Assembly (NCBI GenBank): GCA_963707215.1
Contig: CAVPPB010000002.1
Coordinates: 160,001 to 224,000, forward strand
DNA length: 64,000 bases
DNA from: an uncultured Chloroflexia bacterium
GTDB lineage: Bacteria > Chloroflexota > Limnocylindria > Limnocylindrales > CSP1-4
Direction of reading: 5' to 3'
Positions 57,946 through 64,000 of the stretch are shown here, one piece after another; position 1 is the stretch's first letter, and each line of letters begins with the position of its first letter. A program made the position numbers and the translations under genes. The notes beneath the pieces are model-generated. The model worked only from the letters and a program-made list of their open reading frames with translations, was not told where the DNA came from and did no database searches.

Positions 57946-59739
57946 TCAGACCGGGTATCCGCCCGCGGCGGTCACGGCGGCAGCCACCCGCCGCGATACC
58001 GCGATCCGGTCGCGCGGCTCGCCGCGCATCAGCCGGCGGATGCCGGCGACCAGGGTCCGGGCCTGGTCCCCCTCCGCGACCCGGGCCGCCAGGGTCCGGG
58101 CCCGCCCCTCGACCGCGGTCGCCCGTTCGGCGACGACGAGTCGGGCGAGGTCCTCGTGGACCGACGCGGACCCATCGGACGATCCGTCCCCCGAACCGGC
58201 CGTGACCTTGGCCGCCCGTTCGACGACGCTCTCCATCACGAACAGGTCGATCGCGAGGTCGGCCAGGCCGACGAGGACCTCCTGCTCCTCCTCGAGCCCC
58301 GTCCCGAACCGCTCCACGGCCGAGCCCGCCAGCAGCAGGGTCACCGTCCGGGTCGCGCTGACCGAGGCCCGTTCCTCGGCCAGGGCGCCCTCGAAGCTCG
58401 GCAGATCGCCGGCCGTCAGCGCGTCCCCGGCCCGGCGAGCCGGTCCCAGCAGGTCGAGCCGGCCGGTCATCGCGCGCTTCAGCAGGGTGCCCGGGACGAG
58501 GAGGCGGTTGATCTCGTTCGTGCCCTCCCAGATCCGGTGGATCCGGGCGTCGCGGTACGCCACCGCTGCCGGATACGCCTCGACGAAGCCGTAGCCGCCG
58601 TGGATCTGGACCAGCTCGTCGACGACGTGCCCCAGCTCCTCGCTGGCCAGGACCTTGGCGAGGCTGCACTCGACCGCGTACTCCTCCAGGGCCTTGCGCG
58701 TCGCCTCGTGCGAGTCGGCACCCTCGGCGGCCATCAAGCGGACCTGGAGGAGCCCGGCGATCCGGTAGACGACCGACTCGACCGCGTAGGTCCGGGCGGT
58801 CATCCCTGCAAGCTTGGCCCCGATGAGCGGGAAGTCGACGAGGTGGCGCCCGAAGGCCGACCGTTCGGCGGCGTAGGCGGCTGCCATCCCGACGGCGGGT
58901 CGCATGCCGCCCAGGCAGCCACCAGCGAGCTTGAACCGCCCGACGTTGAGGACGTTGAAGGCGACGCGATGGCCCTTGCCCTCTTCGCCGAGCAGGTTGT
59001 CCGCCGGGACGACCGCACCCTCGAGGGTGACCGGGCAGGTCGACGCGCCGTGGAGGCCGAGCTTGTCCTCCTCCGGGCCGATGCTGAGCCCGGGGGTGGT
59101 GCGCTCGACGAGGAAGGCGCTGAACCGCTCGCCGTCGACCTTCGCGTAGATGGTGAAGAGGTCGGCGAAGCCGGCGTTCGAGATGAACTGCTTGCTCCCG
59201 TCCAGGCGCCAGGAGCCGTCCTCGGCGCGCACGGCCCGGGCCCGGATCGCCATCGCGTCCGACCCGGCCGAGGGCTCCGTCAGGGCGTACGCTCCGACGG
59301 TCGTGCCGGCTGCAAGGCCTGGCAGATAGCGTTCCTTCTGGTCCTCCGTCCCGAAGAAGATGAGCGGCATCGTGCCGATGCCGGTGTGGGCGGAGAACGT
59401 GACGGCGAACGAGCCGGCCCCGGCCATCGCCTCGGTCGCCACGAGGGACGTGACGAGGTCGAGACCGGCGCCGCCGTAGGCCTCGGGGACGTCGATGCCC
59501 AGGTAGCCGTCCCGCCCGAGCACCTCGAGGAGCTCTCGATGGACCGCGTAGTCGCGGGCCTCGATCGCGTCCCGCCGGGGCCCGAGCTCACGCTCGAGGA
59601 AGGCGCCGATGGCGTCCCGGATCGCTCGCTGCTCGTCGCCGAGATCCTCGATCGTGAAGATCCCGCCTGGCCCGACGGGCCCGGTCAGGAACGCGCCGCC
59701 GGCGACGCTCTCGATCCGATCAGGTGCCTGGACGGTCAT
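57946..59739 (-). CDS. fadE: Acyl-CoA dehydrogenase
   Basis: YALTEPSAGSDA, VQIHGGYG, RIWEGTNEI; ATGA overlap with the thiolase. Confidence 0.92.
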   Translation of the reverse strand: MTVQAPDRIESVAGGAFLTGPVGPGGIFTIEDLGDEQRAIRDAIGAFLERELGPRRDAIEARDYAVHRELLEVLGRDGYLGIDVPEAYGGAGLDLVTSLVATEAMAGAGSFAVTFSAHTGIGTMPLIFFGTEDQKERYLPGLAAGTTVGAYALTEPSAGSDAMAIRARAVRAEDGSWRLDGSKQFISNAGFADLFTIYAKVDGERFSAFLVERTTPGLSIGPEEDKLGLHGASTCPVTLEGAVVPADNLLGEEGKGHRVAFNVLNVGRFKLAGGCLGGMRPAVGMAAAYAAERSAFGRHLVDFPLIGAKLAGMTARTYAVESVVYRIAGLLQVRLMAAEGADSHEATRKALEEYAVECSLAKVLASEELGHVVDELVQIHGGYGFVEAYPAAVAYRDARIHRIWEGTNEINRLLVPGTLLKRAMTGRLDLLGPARRAGDALTAGDLPSFEGALAEERASVSATRTVTLLLAGSAVERFGTGLEEEQEVLVGLADLAIDLFVMESVVERAAKVTAGSGDGSSDGSASVHEDLARLVVAERATAVEGRARTLAARVAEGDQARTLVAGIRRLMRGEPRDRIAVSRRVAAAVTAAGGYPV

Positions 59740-60953
59740 GACTCCCCTCCATCGGCCCGGACCGGCTGGGTACCGCCGAGCCACTCGATCACCCCCGCCG
59801 CGCCCTGCCCGCCGCCGACGCACATCGTCACGAGGCCGTAGCGGGCCTCGCGCCGGGCGAGCTCGGACAGGACCTGGACGGTGAGCTTCGCCCCGGTCGC
59901 CCCGAGCGGGTGGCCGAGGGCGATCGCGCCACCGTTCGGGTTGGTCCGCTCCTCGTCGAGGCCGAGGGCCCGGGCGACGGCGACGGCCTGGGCGGCGAAC
60001 GCTTCGTTGAGCTCGATGACCGCGATGTCCTCGAGCGCGATCCCGGCACGGTCGAGTGCCTTCGGGACGGCATCGACCGGTCCGATGCCCATGATCTCGG
60101 GCGGGACCCCGACGGTCGCGAAGCTGACCAGGCGGCCGAGCGGCTCGAGCCCGAGCCTCTCGGCGCGGCTGCGCTCCATGACGACGAGTGCTGCGGCGCC
60201 GTCGCTCATCTGGCTCGAGTTGCCCGCGGTGACCGTCCCGCCCGTCGCGAAGGCTGGCTTGAGGGCAGCCATCCGCTCGGCATCCGTGTCGTGGCGGATC
60301 CCCTCGTCCGCCTCGAACACCACCTCCCGGACGGCCGGTCGGCCGTCGGCCCCGACCTCCGTGACCTTCGCGGTCACGGGGACGATCTCGTCCCGGAAGC
60401 GGCCCTCTCGCTGCGCGGCAGATGCCCGCTGGTGCGAACGGAGCGCCCAGGCGTCCTGGTCCTCGCGGCTCACGTCGTAGCGCTCCGCGACGCGCTCGGC
60501 CGTGATCCCCATCGACAGGTAGACCTCCGGCCGGCTGTCGGCGAGCGCGGGGCCGGGTGCGAAGTGGTGGCCGGTCATCGGGATGAAGCTCATCGACTCG
60601 AGGCCACCCGCGATGACGACGTCGTGGACGCCGGTCTGGATCGCGGCGCTGGCGAGGGCGAGCGCCTGGAGCCCCGACGCGCAGAAGCGGTTGATCGTCA
60701 TCGCGCTGACGTGGTCCGGGATGCCGGACCCGAGCGCGACCTGGCGGGCGATATTCAGGCCCTGGGCACCCTCGGGCATCGCGCAGCCCAGGACCACGTC
60801 GTCCACCTCGGCCGGGCCGAGGCCGGGAGCCCGAGCGAGCGCCTCGCGGATCGCCGTCGTCGCGAGCACCTCGGGCGGCGTCTCTCGGAGCATGCCCCGG
60901 GGTGCCTTCCCGACGGCGGTCCTGGCGCCCGAGACGATGACGGCTTCGCGCAT
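59736..60953 (-). CDS. fadA: Acetyl-CoA C-acyltransferase (thiolase)
   Basis: NRFCASG, NEAFA, GHPLGATG, MCVGGG. Confidence 0.95.
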   Translation of the reverse strand: MREAVIVSGARTAVGKAPRGMLRETPPEVLATTAIREALARAPGLGPAEVDDVVLGCAMPEGAQGLNIARQVALGSGIPDHVSAMTINRFCASGLQALALASAAIQTGVHDVVIAGGLESMSFIPMTGHHFAPGPALADSRPEVYLSMGITAERVAERYDVSREDQDAWALRSHQRASAAQREGRFRDEIVPVTAKVTEVGADGRPAVREVVFEADEGIRHDTDAERMAALKPAFATGGTVTAGNSSQMSDGAAALVVMERSRAERLGLEPLGRLVSFATVGVPPEIMGIGPVDAVPKALDRAGIALEDIAVIELNEAFAAQAVAVARALGLDEERTNPNGGAIALGHPLGATGAKLTVQVLSELARREARYGLVTMCVGGGQGAAGVIEWLGGTQPVRADGGES

Positions 60954-60966
60954 GAGGTCGGCGCTC

Positions 60967-63279
60967 CTAGTTCCGCAATGGCTTCCCGGTCTTGAGCATG
61001 TGGCGCATGCGGTCGCGGGTCAGCGGCTCGCCGAGCAGCCGCAGGAACGCCTCACGCTCGAGGTCGAGGAGATGGTCCTCGCTCACGAGGGTGCCCTCGG
61101 CGACATCCCCGCCCGACATCACCCCGGCCAGCTCCAGGACGATCCGACGATCGTGCGTGCTCATCCGGCCGGCACTGAGCTCGTTGAAGGTCAGGGCCTC
61201 CGCGGCGGCGATCCCGCGGCGCCCAAGGACTGGGACAGGGGCTCCGGCCGGAGGGCGGTAGCCACCGTCGGCGAGGGTCCGCGCGGTCCGGGCCGCGTCG
61301 AGCCATTGGCGGTCGGGGTCCGCGGTGATCCGGTCGGCCTCGGTGAGCAGCCACATCTCGCGCGCCTCGACGGCGCTCGTCGCCACGCGGGCCATCGCGA
61401 TCGAGAGGAACACGTGCTGGAAGGCGGGGAACACGTCCGTGCCGGCCCCCGGGGCGACGCTGAGCGCCGCCCGACGGGCCATGGTCGCCGAGCCTCCGCC
61501 GGCCGGGACCAGCCCGACCCCGACCTCGACGAGGCCGACGTACGTCTCGGCGAGAGCCTGGATCCGGGCTGCTCCGAGCATCAGCTCCGCCCCGCCGCCG
61601 AGCGTCCGGCCACGCGGCGCTACGACGGTCGGAACCGGCGCGTAGCGGAGGGCGGTCGTGACGGCCTGGAAACGACGGACCGCCCGATCGAGCTCGTCCC
61701 ACTCGCCGTCCTCCGCCTCGACGACAAGGAGGACGAGGTTGGCCCCGGCGCTGAAGTCGGGCGCGGCGGTGCCCACGACGAGCCCGTCGTACCGCTCGGC
61801 CGCCAGGTCAATAGCCCGGCGCAGGATGTCCATCGTGTCCAGGCCGATGATGTTCAGCTTGCCGTGGAGCTCGACGCCGAGGATGCCGTCGGGGAGCTCG
61901 ACGACCGAGGCCGCCGCGTTCGACGGCAGGCCCGCCACGGCTCCCGCCGATCGGGCTGCCGCCAGGTCGATGGGCGGCGGTGCAGCGGGCGGCGGTTCGT
62001 GCGAGTTCTGCCGGAAGCTCCAGGCTCGGCCGTCGTCGTAGTAGGGCGGCGGCGGGGCCGAGGTCGCATCGGCGAGCAGCGCCCGGCCGGCATCACCGAG
62101 CCCATCGATCGTCTCGAGCGGCCCGAGCTTCCAGCCGAAGCCCCAGCGCATCGCCGCGTCCACGCTCCACGCATCGTCCGCGAGCCCGGGCGCGACCGCC
62201 GCCGCGTAGCGGAGCTCGCCGGCCAGCAGGCGGCCCAGGAACTCGGCGGCCGTGTCCCCACCGGTCCCGGCTCCGGCGAGGAGGAGCCCCAGCCGTCGCG
62301 ATGGATCCGGCTCCGCCCGGGCAGCCTCGACGACCCGTGAGGCGACCCGACGGCGCGAGCGGTACTCGCCGGTGTCGAAGTCGAGCGCGAGGATCTCCCC
62401 GTCGGGCTCGCGACGGAAGAAGCCCACCCCGGCCTTCGCGCCGAGCGCCCCGTGCTCCACGAGCCCACGCATGACCGGCGGGACGTCGAACGCCTCGGGA
62501 TCGGGATCGTCGGCCAGGGCGGCGTGACAGTGGTCGGCCACCGCGAGCGCGACGTCGATCCCGACCAGGTCCAGGGTCCGGAAGGTGGCGCTCTTCGGCC
62601 GCCCGATCAGCTCGCCCGTCAGCTCGTCGACCTCGTCCGGTCCGAGGCCGAGCTCCAGCGCCAGGCGCAACGTCGCGAGCAGCCCGTGGACCCCCAGGCG
62701 GTTGGCGATGAAGGCCGGCGTGTCACGGGCGACGACCGTTCCCTTGCCCAGGAGGAGCGACGCGTACTCGGCAAGCTCGGCCATGTGCCCCCGATCGCTC
62801 TCGGCGTGCGGCACGAGCTCCAGCAGTCGGGCGTACCGGGGCGGGTTGAAGAAGTGGGTGCCGAAGAAGCGCGCCCTGAACGCCTCCGACCGTCCGTCGG
62901 TCAGCTCGGCGATCGACAGGCCGCTCGTGTTGGTCGTCACGAGTGGGCGGTCGCGCCCAGCGGGCAGGGCGGCGTCGACGCGGGCGAAGAGCTCGTGCTT
63001 CGGCCCGGCCTGCTCGATGATCGCCTCGATCACCCAGTCCGCGATCGCGATGGCCGGCTCGAGCTCGCCCAGGCCGCCGGTCCGGATCCGGACCAGGTCC
63101 GACCTGCTGTAGAGGGGGGACGGCTTGAGCCGGGTCGCGCGCTCGAGGCCCTTGGCCGCCACCTCGGCGTCGACGTCGAGGAGGGTCACCCGCGAGCCAG
63201 CACCGGCGATGAGGCAGGCGAGCTGGGCGCCCATCGTCCCGGCTCCCAGGACCGTGACAGCGGGGAAGCGAGGGATCAT
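60967..63279 (-). CDS. fadN: 3-hydroxyacyl-CoA dehydrogenase/enoyl-CoA hydratase (FadN type)
   Basis: GAGTMG, TNTSG, HFFNPPRY; C-terminal crotonase FSAGANL, TLGGGAE; KTGKPLRN end. Confidence 0.92.
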   Translation of the reverse strand: MIPRFPAVTVLGAGTMGAQLACLIAGAGSRVTLLDVDAEVAAKGLERATRLKPSPLYSRSDLVRIRTGGLGELEPAIAIADWVIEAIIEQAGPKHELFARVDAALPAGRDRPLVTTNTSGLSIAELTDGRSEAFRARFFGTHFFNPPRYARLLELVPHAESDRGHMAELAEYASLLLGKGTVVARDTPAFIANRLGVHGLLATLRLALELGLGPDEVDELTGELIGRPKSATFRTLDLVGIDVALAVADHCHAALADDPDPEAFDVPPVMRGLVEHGALGAKAGVGFFRREPDGEILALDFDTGEYRSRRRVASRVVEAARAEPDPSRRLGLLLAGAGTGGDTAAEFLGRLLAGELRYAAAVAPGLADDAWSVDAAMRWGFGWKLGPLETIDGLGDAGRALLADATSAPPPPYYDDGRAWSFRQNSHEPPPAAPPPIDLAAARSAGAVAGLPSNAAASVVELPDGILGVELHGKLNIIGLDTMDILRRAIDLAAERYDGLVVGTAAPDFSAGANLVLLVVEAEDGEWDELDRAVRRFQAVTTALRYAPVPTVVAPRGRTLGGGAELMLGAARIQALAETYVGLVEVGVGLVPAGGGSATMARRAALSVAPGAGTDVFPAFQHVFLSIAMARVATSAVEAREMWLLTEADRITADPDRQWLDAARTARTLADGGYRPPAGAPVPVLGRRGIAAAEALTFNELSAGRMSTHDRRIVLELAGVMSGGDVAEGTLVSEDHLLDLEREAFLRLLGEPLTRDRMRHMLKTGKPLRN

Positions 63280-63456
63280 GGGGCCCACCCGGCGGCGGCC
63301 ACCATGAGATCGGCCTCGCTGGGACGGGCGGGGCCCGGCGTCAGGGTGGGTGGGGCCATCGGATGGCCGGTCACTCGCAACGCTCCCCGCCGTGCGGCGG
63401 GCCAGGCGACGACGGCCAGCCGCACGGACAGCCAGACGGTCGTCTGACCCGCGTCG

Positions 63457-63485
63457 GACGCTACGACCCGGTCACGGCAGTGTCA
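63457..63485 (-). promoter_or_regulatory. Sigma70 promoter upstream of the fad operon
   Basis: Minus strand TTGACA-17 bp-TAGCGT. Confidence 0.65.
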
Positions 63486-63591
63486 ACGACAAACGACCCC
63501 CAACAGCCGGGCATGCCGGCCCGACCGGCGCGCCACCCCGCGAACGCGAGACCCCGCCGGCCGGTCGGACGCCGCGGGCCGCGGCACGCCG

Positions 63592-64000
63592 TCAGGGCTT
63601 GGGATTGGCCTCCAGGAATCCGTAGAGGGTGTCGGTCCAGTCGCTTGACGGGGTCGGGCTGTGGCCGCTGCCGTCGAGCGTCCAGAGCTGGACGGCAGCG
63701 CCGGTCGGACAGTCGTCGTAGCGCCTGACGGTGGTCTCGGCCCCGGCGACCCTCGCGTCGAGGTCGAGGCGCTGCGGCGCGTCCTCGGCGATCGTCCCGC
63801 AGCCGTCCTTCGCCGCCCACATGGCGACGGTCTCGGCCGCCCCCGGATAAGGGACCCCGGCCAGCTTCCCTCCATCGAAGGCGATCAGGAAGTCGGCCGT
63901 GCCGTGGAGCTGGGCGACGGAGACGGGCTCCGTGGGCCGGCAGCTGGCCGGGTCCGCCCAGACCGCGCCGGCAAGGCTGACGATCGCGGCGATCCTGTCC
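63592..64000 (-). CDS. PHB-depolymerase/LpqC-like esterase, 5' end outside the window
   Basis: DRIAAIVSLAG...QLHGTAD...WAAKDGC...GSGH. Confidence 0.8.
   Translation of the reverse strand, partial: DRIAAIVSLAGAVWADPASCRPTEPVSVAQLHGTADFLIAFDGGKLAGVPYPGAAETVAMWAAKDGCGTIAEDAPQRLDLDARVAGAETTVRRYDDCPTGAAVQLWTLDGSGHSPTPSSDWTDTLYGFLEANPKP

Noticed and set aside
56221-63279. fad operon as a novelty
   Set aside because: The fadN-fadA-fadE(-fadD) order is a well-known beta-oxidation arrangement.
63320-63395. SAH or ZTP riboswitch upstream of fadN
   Set aside because: Partial motif only; no convincing pseudoknot strand and the downstream genes do not fit. Kept only as an unassigned leader.

Overview
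High-GC (roughly 70%+ by eye) bacterial accessory/metabolic region. Gene content (CWB2 surface protein, F420-type enzymes, many class III cyclases) is compatible with a monoderm organism such as Chloroflexota or Actinomycetota; this is an inference. No rRNA, tRNA, CRISPR array or intact mobile element was seen. Main contents: a partial beta-helix/CWB2 surface protein with an exact 306-bp tandem repeat; a redox operon (hexaheme cytochrome c, Tat 4Fe-4S protein, NrfD, octaheme cytochrome c) bracketed by two atypical NarL-type regulators that share an identical ~558-bp block and differ only at the extreme N-terminus and in the C-terminal HTH; several TetR/ArsR-controlled oxidoreductase and transporter units; a signalling island (34-50 kb) with four class III nucleotide cyclases and two paralogous small secreted proteins, each preceded by a c-di-GMP-II-like riboswitch variant and followed by the same terminator; and a fadN-fadA-fadE-fadD beta-oxidation operon. 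Several genes carry single frameshifts (possibly assembly errors) and there are three gene remnants. The best candidates for an undescribed system are the riboswitch/secreted-protein/cyclase island and the twin Cys-rich pseudo-receiver regulators with the cytochrome operon. All family calls come from motif recognition by eye; no searches were run.
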